Positions 19,063 to 27,083 of a stretch of DNA of 48,934 nucleotides are shown in pieces (the first letter of the stretch is position 1; every line of letters starts with the position of its first letter). The stretch covers positions 1 to 48,934 of the forward strand of contig JAGWKU010000002.1 in NCBI GenBank assembly GCA_028873375.1, written 5' to 3'. The stretch is from Verrucomicrobiota bacterium (GTDB lineage Bacteria; Chlamydiota; Chlamydiia; Chlamydiales; SM23-39). The notes under the pieces are model-generated. The model ran no database searches and was not told where the DNA came from. It saw only the letters and a program-made list of their open reading frames with translations. Made by a program: the position numbers and the translations under genes.

Positions 19063-20225
19063 TCTTCAATTACGGGAAAGTCTTTTCCCTTTCGGTCGGG
19101 ACCTTCGTGGCCCTTCTCTTGGTCTCGCGTCTCAAAGAAATTGCTCGATTTTTAGCCTTGAGTTCAGACGCCTCTAAGACTTTGCTCTTCCTAGTTTACC
19201 AAATCCCCACCATTTTGCCGATGACGATTCCTCTCTCTGCCCTCATCGCCTCCTTCCTCCTCTTCCAGCGCCTCAGCCGCACCCAGGAACTCACCGCCCT
19301 CCGCGCCTCCGGCTTTTCTCTTAAAAATATCTTACTTCCTCTCTGCCTCATCTCCGGCTTTTTCTCCCTGACCAATTTCTCCATCTGCTCCGAGCTCGCC
19401 CCCTTTTGCCGCCGAGAGACCAAAACCCTCCTCTACCGTGAAACCTCAGCCAACCCCCTTCTTCTCCTGCAACGACACCAACTCCTCCGAATCCGCGACA
19501 CTTACCTTCAGCTCGACGTCGAAGAGGAAGGGAGCCGCGCCCAGAATTTCCTCCTGATCACTCCCAATGAAAGCCTCCAGCGACTCACCCTCGTTTCCGC
19601 CAATGAACTCACTGTCCAAAATGAACCCCGCCCTAAAGGACGGGGAATGATTTGGGAGGAGTTTCGAACTCCTCCCAAATTTGGATGTGAATTACCCGGC
19701 CCTAAAGGACCTGGTTTCCGGAGACCTGATGAAGAACTAGTCGGCAAAGAAGTAGCCATCGTCTCTCACCTCCCCTCCGAAAATAATTTCGATTCCCTCA
19801 TCGTCGAAAACCAAGCGTCGATGTCGACCGCAGCTCCCATCCTCTCCGCCTCTCTCAAAAAAAGTCGTCCCCGACTAGAAAACAACGCTCTCGACTTTCC
19901 CCTTCTCCTTTGCCAACTCAACGAGCCTCCCTCCATTTCAAATACCGCCCGCATCGAAATTCTCCGCCGCCTGTCCCTCTCTCTTTCCGTTTTTAGCTTT
20001 ACTCTTCTCGGCTGCGTCTTTGGAATCGAACACAGCCGAACCTCTTCTCGGCGCAAATCGATCTACGCCCTCTTCCTCACCCTCTTCTTTTTTTCTAGCT
20101 ACCTCTTCGGAAAAACACTCAAAAGTGCGCCCCTCTTCGCTTGCCTCGCTTACTTTGGCCCCCATCTCCTTCTCTGGGTCTCCTGTCTCTACCGCCTCCG
20201 CCGCATCTCAAGAGGCTATGTATGA
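19035..20225 (+). CDS. lptF: LptF-like permease (YjgP/YjgQ family)
   Basis: Starts at ATG 19035 (MIPILWRYAIFNYGKVF...). It has three N-terminal TMs, a ~190-aa periplasmic domain and three C-terminal TMs. It is translationally coupled to a paralogous downstream gene. Confidence 0.7.
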   Translation: MIPILWRYAIFNYGKVFSLSVGTFVALLLVSRLKEIARFLALSSDASKTLLFLVYQIPTILPMTIPLSALIASFLLFQRLSRTQELTALRASGFSLKNILLPLCLISGFFSLTNFSICSELAPFCRRETKTLLYRETSANPLLLLQRHQLLRIRDTYLQLDVEEEGSRAQNFLLITPNESLQRLTLVSANELTVQNEPRPKGRGMIWEEFRTPPKFGCELPGPKGPGFRRPDEELVGKEVAIVSHLPSENNFDSLIVENQASMSTAAPILSASLKKSRPRLENNALDFPLLLCQLNEPPSISNTARIEILRRLSLSLSVFSFTLLGCVFGIEHSRTSSRRKSIYALFLTLFFFSSYLFGKTLKSAPLFACLAYFGPHLLLWVSCLYRLRRISRGYV

Positions 20226-21253
20226 AACTGTGGCAACGACATCTCTTCTATCGCCTTACCCTCACCTTTTCCTTTCTCCTCTGTTCCCTCTTTGCCATCT
20301 ATCTTCTCCTCGACCTCTCGATCAATGGCGTCCGATTCCTCGGCAAAGGACATGCGGAGCCCCTCTCCCTCCTCTTCTATTACCTCCGCTCCTTTTCGGT
20401 TCATCTCGAGCTCTTCTTACCCCTTTCCTTTCTCCTCACGGTCCTCAAAGTGCTCCTCGATCTCAATGAGCACCTCGAACTCGTCGCTCTTCAAATGGCT
20501 GGCCTCTCGCGCAAAAAACTTCTCGTCCCCTTTTTCTTCTTCGCCTCTTTTCTTTCCCTTACCTGTTACGCGAATAGCGAGTGGATCGCCCCTACTGCCA
20601 TCAATGCTGCCAAAACATTCCGCGCCACCTACTCCACCCACAACAAAAAACCGCGCCGTGAAAATCTTCACGCTCTTGTCCTCCAGGATGGCTCCGAACT
20701 CGTCTACCAAACCTTTTCCGACCACGAACTCTTCGACGTCTTTTGGATCCGCTCTCGCCACGACATTTGGATGATGAAAACTCTCACCCTTACGACTCCC
20801 CCTACCGGCTACTTCGTCGATCATCTCGTCCGCACCCATCAACTCGAAAAAACAGAAAGTTATCCGATCCGCTCCTTTCCCGAACTCACCTGTCCCTCTC
20901 CAAAGCCCTTCATCCCCTTCGAGAGCCGCCCCCTCTCCACCCTCCTCCAAGAAGCGCTCTACGCCTCCTCCGACAAAGCAAGCGTCCAAACCCACCTCCA
21001 CTACAAACTCGCCCTTCCCCTCCTCTCCTTTCTCATCCTCCTCGCCCTTGCCCCCTTTACCCTCCGCTTCTCCCGCACCCGTCCCCTCTTCCTCCTCGCC
21101 GCCCTCAGCCTCTTCGCCTTCTTCGCCATTCTCACCCTCCTCGATAGCTGCCTCATCCTCGGTGAAAACCAAGTTTTTTCCCCCGCCCTCGCGATTTGGT
21201 CGCCCCTCTCTCTCCTCTTTGCCCTTTCCGTTCCCCGTTTTTCCCGGCTTTAA
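20222..21253 (+). CDS. lptG: LptG-like permease (YjgP/YjgQ family)
   Basis: ATG at 20222 forms an ATGA overlap with the lptF stop (MKLWQRHLFYRLTLTFSFLL...). The 3+3 TM architecture matches lptF. The track ORF start at 20141 lies inside lptF. Confidence 0.7.
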   Translation: MKLWQRHLFYRLTLTFSFLLCSLFAIYLLLDLSINGVRFLGKGHAEPLSLLFYYLRSFSVHLELFLPLSFLLTVLKVLLDLNEHLELVALQMAGLSRKKLLVPFFFFASFLSLTCYANSEWIAPTAINAAKTFRATYSTHNKKPRRENLHALVLQDGSELVYQTFSDHELFDVFWIRSRHDIWMMKTLTLTTPPTGYFVDHLVRTHQLEKTESYPIRSFPELTCPSPKPFIPFESRPLSTLLQEALYASSDKASVQTHLHYKLALPLLSFLILLALAPFTLRFSRTRPLFLLAALSLFAFFAILTLLDSCLILGENQVFSPALAIWSPLSLLFALSVPRFSRL

Positions 21254-21265
21254 CCACAAAAAAAA

Positions 21266-21448
21266 TTTTTCTCTGCCGCACTTCGCGGCCTCAGTGTTCT
21301 CAGTGATCTCAGTGGTGCAATCTTTTTCGAGCGTTTAAATGCCAAGCCTGCTCGATAATACTGAGCAAGCTTAGCATTGGAAGCTCTCTAAGATATTGCA
21401 CCACTGAGATCTCTGAGAACACTGAGGTCGCGAAACGCGACAAAAAAA
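21266..21448 (+). repeat. palindromic intergenic element, copy 2
   Basis: Left arm TTTTTCTCTGCCGCACTTCGCGG-CCTCAGTGT-TCTCAGTGA-TCTCAGTGG-TGCAAT. Right arm ATTGCACCACTGAGATCTCTGAGAACACTGAGGTCGCGAAACGCGACAAAAAAA. The core contains CTGAGCAAGCTT. Confidence 0.9.
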
Positions 21449-21460
21449 GAGAAAACTTTC

Positions 21461-21796
21461 TCAGTGTTGAGATTTGTTGACGATCGAGAGATAGTCACGA
21501 AGAGTTTGCAAATCGTGCTCGATTGCAAGGATACTCTCTTCCGAATGTTCATTGAAGAAATGGCGATAATCAGCTTCGAGCTTGAACTCTTGCTTGTGAA
21601 GACGCTGGAGTTCGCGGGATGATTCTTGGATCAGGTGGAGATGGGTGTCCATCACGCCTTTCAGACGAGGTTTGTCTGTGGGAGACGCTTTCAGATATTG
21701 CTGAAATGCCTCTTCAAATTTGCGAGTACTCACTTCTAAGTCTTTCCGGGGATCCGGAGTCTTGGGGCCGTGGTTGCCTGTGCCAATCTTGTTCAT
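21461..21796 (-). CDS. hypothetical helical protein (111 aa), paralogue of 21793..22086
   Basis: ATGA overlap with the upstream gene. It shares HLHxIxE..RELxxL and (A/R)D(Y/F)xxF(F/L)xxxxE(E/N)(S/T) blocks with the 97-aa neighbour. Confidence 0.65.
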   Translation of the reverse strand: MNKIGTGNHGPKTPDPRKDLEVSTRKFEEAFQQYLKASPTDKPRLKGVMDTHLHLIQESSRELQRLHKQEFKLEADYRHFFNEHSEESILAIEHDLQTLRDYLSIVNKSQH

Positions 21797-22086
21797 AGTT
21801 CTCTGATCTCGTGTTTGATTCTCATCGTGTCTGCAATCATCTTCGCGGTCGCAGTTTCGTTCTCGGGCTGCTTGAGAAAGGAGACAAAATCTCTTTGAAG
21901 CGCTTGGACATCGACGAGAAAAGACCCGCCGATCTGTTGCGCTACACGGAGAATTTCTTTCAATTCCCTCTCTGCTTCTTTGACGTGCGAATGATTTTCA
22001 ATCATGCCGTGGAGGTGCTTCAAAAAGCAAGAGAGCTTTTCGTCCACCTCGCGAAAGTACTTCTGATTGCGAGCAATAGGGTCCAT
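21793..22086 (-). CDS. hypothetical helical protein (97 aa)
   Basis: A strong SD (GGAGG, 7-nt spacing) lies inside the end of the upstream gene. The start is 3 nt after the stop of 22090..23838. Confidence 0.65.
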   Translation of the reverse strand: MDPIARNQKYFREVDEKLSCFLKHLHGMIENHSHVKEAERELKEILRVAQQIGGSFLVDVQALQRDFVSFLKQPENETATAKMIADTMRIKHEIREL

Positions 22087-22089
22087 GGG

Positions 22090-23838
22090 TCACCTCCAAC
22101 GAATCATATCGTCTCGAAGGTTTTTGACAAGGGTGAGAAATGAGAGATGGCCATTCACATAGAGAGACAAAAGTCTATGCTCCTCTTCCGCTGCCTGGGG
22201 TCGAAGGCGATGGAAAAGACTCCGCTGGACGAGATGGCAAAGGAACGGATTGAACGAGTGTTCATCTCGGACGATTCGGCAAAAAAAGCGAAAGCCTGTA
22301 AGGGCCTCAGGACTCTTGAGGTTCGAACCAATTTCTGTAGCGATCGATCCAAGAGACAGCCGCTCTTGCCGATGGAAAAAGCTCTCGTCGACCCACTCCC
22401 CCTCTTCTTCGCAAGGCGTCCAGGCAAAGGCTTGGCCGATCATCCGAAAGATTTGAAGGGCCGGGCGATACCCTGAAAGGCGATTTTCAGCCAGAGCGAT
22501 GAGGTCTTTGACAAAGTATCGCAAGTGGCTCCGTCCGTCATAGAAAAAAGGCTTTCCTGCAGAAACCGCTTCGGTAAAGCTTTGATCGCCTCGCACAGCC
22601 ACCCAATCTTCGCTTAAACCCATCAACTTTCGCATGTCGGAATCGGACAGATATCCGGGAGAGAGAAGCCGAAGCAATTTCCCCTTCGAAGCAATCGGAA
22701 TGACGTAGCGGTGCTCTTCAAAGCAGAGGATAATCTCTCGCACTCCATAGGCTTCTTCAAGGAGCGGTAACCGAGCACTCTTTCGCTCTTCGATCCATCG
22801 GATGAACCACCCGAGGGTCGGCGTGCAGAGGTCGATCCCCGCCAATTCTTCTTCCCATCGTTTTAAAAGCGAATGGAGGTAGATCATCCCGCCACTGACC
22901 GTCGCCAAATAAGCCAAATGAAACCGATTGGCCCGACGATAAGCGCTTACTTGCGCAGGCGAAGGAGTCTCCGTGTCAAAGAGCCAAAGGAGTAGATTTT
23001 TATTCTCCAGAGAAGCAAAGGACGCCTTCTCCATCGACCGAATCAATACCCCTTTCTCCAACGCGTGAAGTCCCATCGACCGATTCCCCGTCTTAGGATG
23101 AAACCACCCCGATTCGAGAAAACCATACTCGCCGATATGCTCCACCTTCGGAAAGGGACGCAAAGAAGCCATTTGGCTCAAATCTCCGAGAAGCAAATTC
23201 GTCTCAGGAAAAAAAGTCGGAATTTGCAGAATCAAATCCATCTCGCGGAGCAACTTTTTCTTCTCATACGAAAAGGCGGCCACCGTAGGGTCCTTTTCAT
23301 AGAAAATCGGATGGGTCGTCACCGACGCATCGAATGGGAGTGAGCGAGACGTTAAGACAAACCAGTGAAGCTCAATCTCCGGGAATTGCGCCTGCAACAA
23401 AGCCGCCGCCTCTTTAGCCGCAATCCAATCTCCCAAGCCATCGGGAATCACCCACGTCAAGAAAGCAACCCGCATCTTTTTCTCTAACGGCACTCCTTCG
23501 TACAGGCTAAAGAGCGCCCGATCGACCGAAAGGGCTTTCAAAGTGGGCAAATGAGAGAAGTTTTTCTTGATTCTCGAACAGCTCGGATCTTCCCGATCGT
23601 AAAACCTCGGCAAGCCCCGATAGATGCGAGGAAAATAGGCCAATAATCCTGCTTCCTGAAATTCTTTTTGTGAAAAGCTGTTCATCCACTGCAATTCGAT
23701 CCGAAAAGAGTGTTCCTCTTTCAATCGTTGGTGATAATTGTGAATGATCTCATGGAGCGGCGCTCCAGAGTCGACCTCCGCACCGTTCTGGCGAAGGAGA
23801 GAGAAAACCTCTCGGTAAAATGGGCTGATTTCAGACAT
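22090..23838 (-). CDS. GT-B-fold glycosyltransferase-like protein (EarP/GT1-like motifs) with N- and C-terminal extensions
   Basis: 582 aa. Residues 122-150 (MRVAFLTWVIPDGLGDWIAAKEAAALL) resemble the EarP N-terminal DNYGDIG loop or the GT1 GSRGD loop. Residues 390-435 (LLSPGYLSDSDMRKLMGLSEDWVAVRGDQSFTEAVSAGKPFFY) resemble the EarP ..DLNFVRGEDSFVRAQWAGxP.. motif and the generic GT-B C-terminal motif. Motif spacing is ~285 aa. Confidence 0.5.
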   Translation of the reverse strand: MSEISPFYREVFSLLRQNGAEVDSGAPLHEIIHNYHQRLKEEHSFRIELQWMNSFSQKEFQEAGLLAYFPRIYRGLPRFYDREDPSCSRIKKNFSHLPTLKALSVDRALFSLYEGVPLEKKMRVAFLTWVIPDGLGDWIAAKEAAALLQAQFPEIELHWFVLTSRSLPFDASVTTHPIFYEKDPTVAAFSYEKKKLLREMDLILQIPTFFPETNLLLGDLSQMASLRPFPKVEHIGEYGFLESGWFHPKTGNRSMGLHALEKGVLIRSMEKASFASLENKNLLLWLFDTETPSPAQVSAYRRANRFHLAYLATVSGGMIYLHSLLKRWEEELAGIDLCTPTLGWFIRWIEERKSARLPLLEEAYGVREIILCFEEHRYVIPIASKGKLLRLLSPGYLSDSDMRKLMGLSEDWVAVRGDQSFTEAVSAGKPFFYDGRSHLRYFVKDLIALAENRLSGYRPALQIFRMIGQAFAWTPCEEEGEWVDESFFHRQERLSLGSIATEIGSNLKSPEALTGFRFFCRIVRDEHSFNPFLCHLVQRSLFHRLRPQAAEEEHRLLSLYVNGHLSFLTLVKNLRDDMIRWR

Positions 23839-23900
23839 AAGCCAGGGAAAGGTAATTCAAGGGAGCTACAATGTCAATTCTTTTTTTCACGAACCATTAG

Positions 23901-23959
23901 AAAATTTCACCACCGAGAGCACCGAGGCCGCGCTTCGCGGTTTTGTTTCTCTCGGTGGT
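23901..23959 (+). repeat. palindromic intergenic element, truncated mini-copy 3
   Basis: AAATTTCACCACCGAGAGCACCGAGGCCGCGCTTCGCGGTTTT is a right arm of the CCGAG variant. CTCTCGGTGGT at 23949-23959 pairs perfectly with ACCACCGAGAG at 23909-23919. The stem touches the stop codon of 23959..25872. Confidence 0.75.
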
Positions 23960-25872
23960 TAGAGAGCTTCGATTTCGGAGTGACGGTAGGTTTCCCAGAG
24001 AAGACGGAAGGGCGGACATTTTTCGAGGAGCTCGGTGATCGTCCCTTCAGCGAGTTTACGCCCTCTTTCGATGTAGATAATCTTATCGGAATGCTCAATG
24101 GTCGAAAGGCGATGAGCAATGAGAATTTGCGTCACTTCCCCTTGCAATTGCCGAATGGCGAGTTTGATCCGATTTTCCGATACGGCGTCGAGCGAAGAGG
24201 TCGCTTCATCCATGATGAGAATCGGCGCTTTTTTCACAAGCGCACGGGCAATGGCGAGCCGCTGTTGCTGGCCCCCTGATAGGGTCTTGCCCATTTCGGC
24301 TAGCATCGTGTCATATTGCTGGGGCAATTCGACAATGAACTCATGGGCATAGGCTTTTTCTGCCGCCTCGATGATTTCCTCGCGGGAAAAAGACCTACCA
24401 AAGGCGATGTTTTCCACCACGGTATCGAAGAAAAGGAACGGCTTTTGCGGCACAAACGCGATTTGCTCCCGAAGCGAGCGCTGCGTCAGCGCGCGAATTG
24501 GAATTCCATCGATGCGGATCTCCCCTTTTTGAATATCGAAAAGGCGAGGCAATAATTGGACCACCGTCGATTTGCCGGCCCCGGTCGAGCCGACGAGAGC
24601 GACGATCTCTCCTCGTTTGACCGTAAAGCTCAAATCTTTCAGAACCCATTCATCGCGGTATTTGAACCAGACGTGATCGAACTCGATCAAATTCTTAAAG
24701 CCAGTTAGATCGATGGCTCCCTCTTGATCGGCAATTTGGGGCTTTAAATTAAGCACTTCAAACATCCGCTCCGCTGCCACAAGCCCCTTTTGGATATTGG
24801 CATTCTCCTCGGCAAATTTTTTCACTGGCTCATAGAACAAATGGAGCAGGCCGCAAAACATGAGTAGCTGGCCGACCGTCATGTGCAAGATATAAAGACC
24901 AAAGAGAACTACCACGGCTAAACAGGTAGTCGCAATCAGGTGGAGAAGAGGCCTCGTCAATAACCCATACTTGGCGCTCTTGGTTTCCAAAAAGGCCATC
25001 CGGTCGTTTTGCTCTTTGTACTTGCGAAGCGAGAAGGCCTCCATCGCAAAAATCTTAACCGTTTGGATCCCCGCTAAAAAGTCGAGTAGGACCGAGGTAA
25101 AAGTCTCCTGATTTTTCTGCAGCTGCCGTGTGATCCGCTTCACCTGTCTCGTCAAGTAAATCACCGGCATGATGATCAAGGGCAATCCCAAAAAGATGAT
25201 CATCGAGAGCTGCCATGATAAATAAAAACAAGCGATGAGCGTCGAGATCACCGTAAACGGCGTCTGCAAATAGTTCGTTAAACAGGAATTGAGCGAAGAG
25301 GAAATTTGTCCCGCATCGCCTACTGCCCGCGACGATAAACTCCCCAAGTTCTGCTCTTGGTAAAAACTGAGAGGAAGTGACTGGATATGCTCAAAATACT
25401 GCTGCCGTAGATCGCGCGTGATTCGAATCGATAAAAGCTGAGTGAAATAACGGGCCATGAAAAGCGTAGAGCCCTTGAAAAGCGCGACTCCGACGAGGAT
25501 CGCAACGAGGAGAGAAAAGTTTTGTTCGACGTCGAAATGGGCCGACACTTGGTGCATTACCCAGTAAAGCGGGTTCGTGTCTTTTCTCCGCGCAATATGA
25601 AGAGCAGCATCTTGCTTGGTGATGACCCCGTCGTTGTCTTGATCGATCTGATCCCACCGGCGTAGCACCTCTTCGAGCTTGATCTTGTCTTTAACCTTTT
25701 TCCCCTCGCCGCCAAACAGCGTAAAAAAATCGGCCCCCGTGTTGGCCATAAGGCCCACTGAGAACATTTCACATTGGTTGGCCACCGTAAGAAATAGGAG
25801 GCTCACCAACGTCAACATGGCAAGAGTGAGGTGGCGACTGTTTCGGAGAGCCGCCTGCAAAAGCAATTTCAT
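23959..25872 (-). CDS. ABC exporter, fused TMD-NBD (MsbA/lipid A export-like), with EF-hand-like insert in extracytoplasmic loop 1
   Basis: 637 aa. Walker A GSTGAGKST, signature LSGGQQQR, Walker B ILIMDEATS and H-loop IAHRL are present. The TMD has six helices, with a ~65-aa insert between TM1 and TM2 that contains DQDNDGVITKQD. Confidence 0.9.
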   Translation of the reverse strand: MKLLLQAALRNSRHLTLAMLTLVSLLFLTVANQCEMFSVGLMANTGADFFTLFGGEGKKVKDKIKLEEVLRRWDQIDQDNDGVITKQDAALHIARRKDTNPLYWVMHQVSAHFDVEQNFSLLVAILVGVALFKGSTLFMARYFTQLLSIRITRDLRQQYFEHIQSLPLSFYQEQNLGSLSSRAVGDAGQISSSLNSCLTNYLQTPFTVISTLIACFYLSWQLSMIIFLGLPLIIMPVIYLTRQVKRITRQLQKNQETFTSVLLDFLAGIQTVKIFAMEAFSLRKYKEQNDRMAFLETKSAKYGLLTRPLLHLIATTCLAVVVLFGLYILHMTVGQLLMFCGLLHLFYEPVKKFAEENANIQKGLVAAERMFEVLNLKPQIADQEGAIDLTGFKNLIEFDHVWFKYRDEWVLKDLSFTVKRGEIVALVGSTGAGKSTVVQLLPRLFDIQKGEIRIDGIPIRALTQRSLREQIAFVPQKPFLFFDTVVENIAFGRSFSREEIIEAAEKAYAHEFIVELPQQYDTMLAEMGKTLSGGQQQRLAIARALVKKAPILIMDEATSSLDAVSENRIKLAIRQLQGEVTQILIAHRLSTIEHSDKIIYIERGRKLAEGTITELLEKCPPFRLLWETYRHSEIEAL

Positions 25873-25923
25873 TGTGATTCAGTGTAAAACTACCCCCTTG
25901 AATAAATCAAGCTTGGATCCTGC

Positions 25924-26115
25924 TTTTCGCCGCGCTTCGCGGCCTCAGTGTCCTCAGTGCTCTCAGTGGTGCAATCTTTTACGAGAGTTTAAATCTTAAG
26001 TTTGCTTGGCGATACTGAGCAAGCTTGTCATCTAAAACCATAAGACCGCGAAGCGCGGCAAATTTCACCACTGAGAGCACTGAGGACACTGAGGCCGCGA
26101 AACGCGGAAAAAAAA
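25924..26115 (+). repeat. palindromic intergenic element, copy 4 (best preserved)
   Basis: Left arm TTTTCGCCGCGCTTCGCGG-CCTCAGTGT-CCTCAGTGC-TCTCAGTGG-TGCAAT. The right arm ATTTCACCACTGAGAGCACTGAGGACACTGAGGCCGCGAAACGCGGAAAAAAAA is a near-perfect inverse. The core holds an extra CCGCGAAGCGCGG hairpin at 26047-26059. Confidence 0.9.
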
Positions 26116-26117
26116 TC

Positions 26118-27083
26118 TTAGAGGCTTGTTGGGCTGGTCTCGAACTTGCCCATTTTGCGGAATTTTTGGTAACGATTTTCGAGAAGAAGAGTCGGTGGGA
26201 TCTCTTTTAGTTCCTCCCACGTCTCTAGAACGAATCTTTTGACAGCGGCAAAGGTCGCTTGCGGATCTTGGTGAGCGCCGCCGAGCGGTTCTTCAATGAC
26301 CCGATCAATGATGCCTAATTCAATCAGATCTTCGGGGTGCATTTTAAGCGCCGAGGCAGCAGTGGCGTTCTTGGTTGGGTCTTTCCAGAGAATGGAGGCG
26401 CATCCTTCGGGCGAAATAACGGAGTAATAAGAATGCTGGAGCATGCCAATCACATCGCCAACGCCAATGCCGAGCGCACCACCCGAACACCCTTCCCCAA
26501 TCAATAGGACAATAACTGGAGTTGGTAAGCGAGCCATTTCCCAAAGATTGTTAGCAATCGCCCATCCCTGTCCCCGCTCTTCTGCAGAGAGACCTGGATA
26601 AGCGCCTGGGGTGTCGATCAACGTCAAAACAGGAAGGTGGAATTTAGCGGCGAGACGCATGAGGCGCATCGCTTTTCGGTATCCTTCAGGATGAGGCATG
26701 CCGAAGTTGCGGTAGAGGCGACTTTCAGTGTCTTTGCCCCGCTCTTGGCCAATGAGAAGAAATTTTTGATCGCCGATCCTAGCGAGCCCGCCAATGATCG
26801 CATGATCGTCTTGAAAAGCGCGATCGCCAAAGAGTTCGACGAATTCGTCGCAGATATTGGCGATGTAGTCACTCGAATGAGGCCGTTGTGGATGGCGGCA
26901 AATGCTGACCCGTTCCCACGGTTTCAGTTGGGAATAGACGCTTTTCTTGAGCTGCTCGAGCTTCTTTTCCATCTTGCCGAGCTCGTCCTGAGACCAAAGA
27001 GCATTGTTCTTGTTTTGCTCTTTGAGCTTTTCGAGTGTCTGCTCGTATTCAAGGATTGGCTTTTCATGTGGTAAGACGGTCAC
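26118..27083 (-). CDS. accA: acetyl-CoA carboxylase carboxyltransferase alpha subunit
   Basis: 321 aa with [26 protein letters not shown] and a [10 protein letters not shown]-type oxyanion region. Confidence 0.95.
   Translation of the reverse strand: MTVLPHEKPILEYEQTLEKLKEQNKNNALWSQDELGKMEKKLEQLKKSVYSQLKPWERVSICRHPQRPHSSDYIANICDEFVELFGDRAFQDDHAIIGGLARIGDQKFLLIGQERGKDTESRLYRNFGMPHPEGYRKAMRLMRLAAKFHLPVLTLIDTPGAYPGLSAEERGQGWAIANNLWEMARLPTPVIVLLIGEGCSGGALGIGVGDVIGMLQHSYYSVISPEGCASILWKDPTKNATAASALKMHPEDLIELGIIDRVIEEPLGGAHQDPQATFAAVKRFVLETWEELKEIPPTLLLENRYQKFRKMGKFETSPTSL

Noticed and set aside
20417-21259. 280-aa E/G/K-rich ORF antisense to lptG.
   Set aside because: It is a mirror image of the CTC/TTC/CCT-rich sense strand, with low complexity and no start context. 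The sense strand encodes a coherent 6-TM permease.
21289-21316. Three tandem 9-mers (CTCAGTG core), considered as a possible mini-CRISPR or VNTR.
   Set aside because: The units are directly adjacent, have no spacers and are only 9 bp long. They are always embedded in the arms of the larger palindromic element. There are no cas genes.
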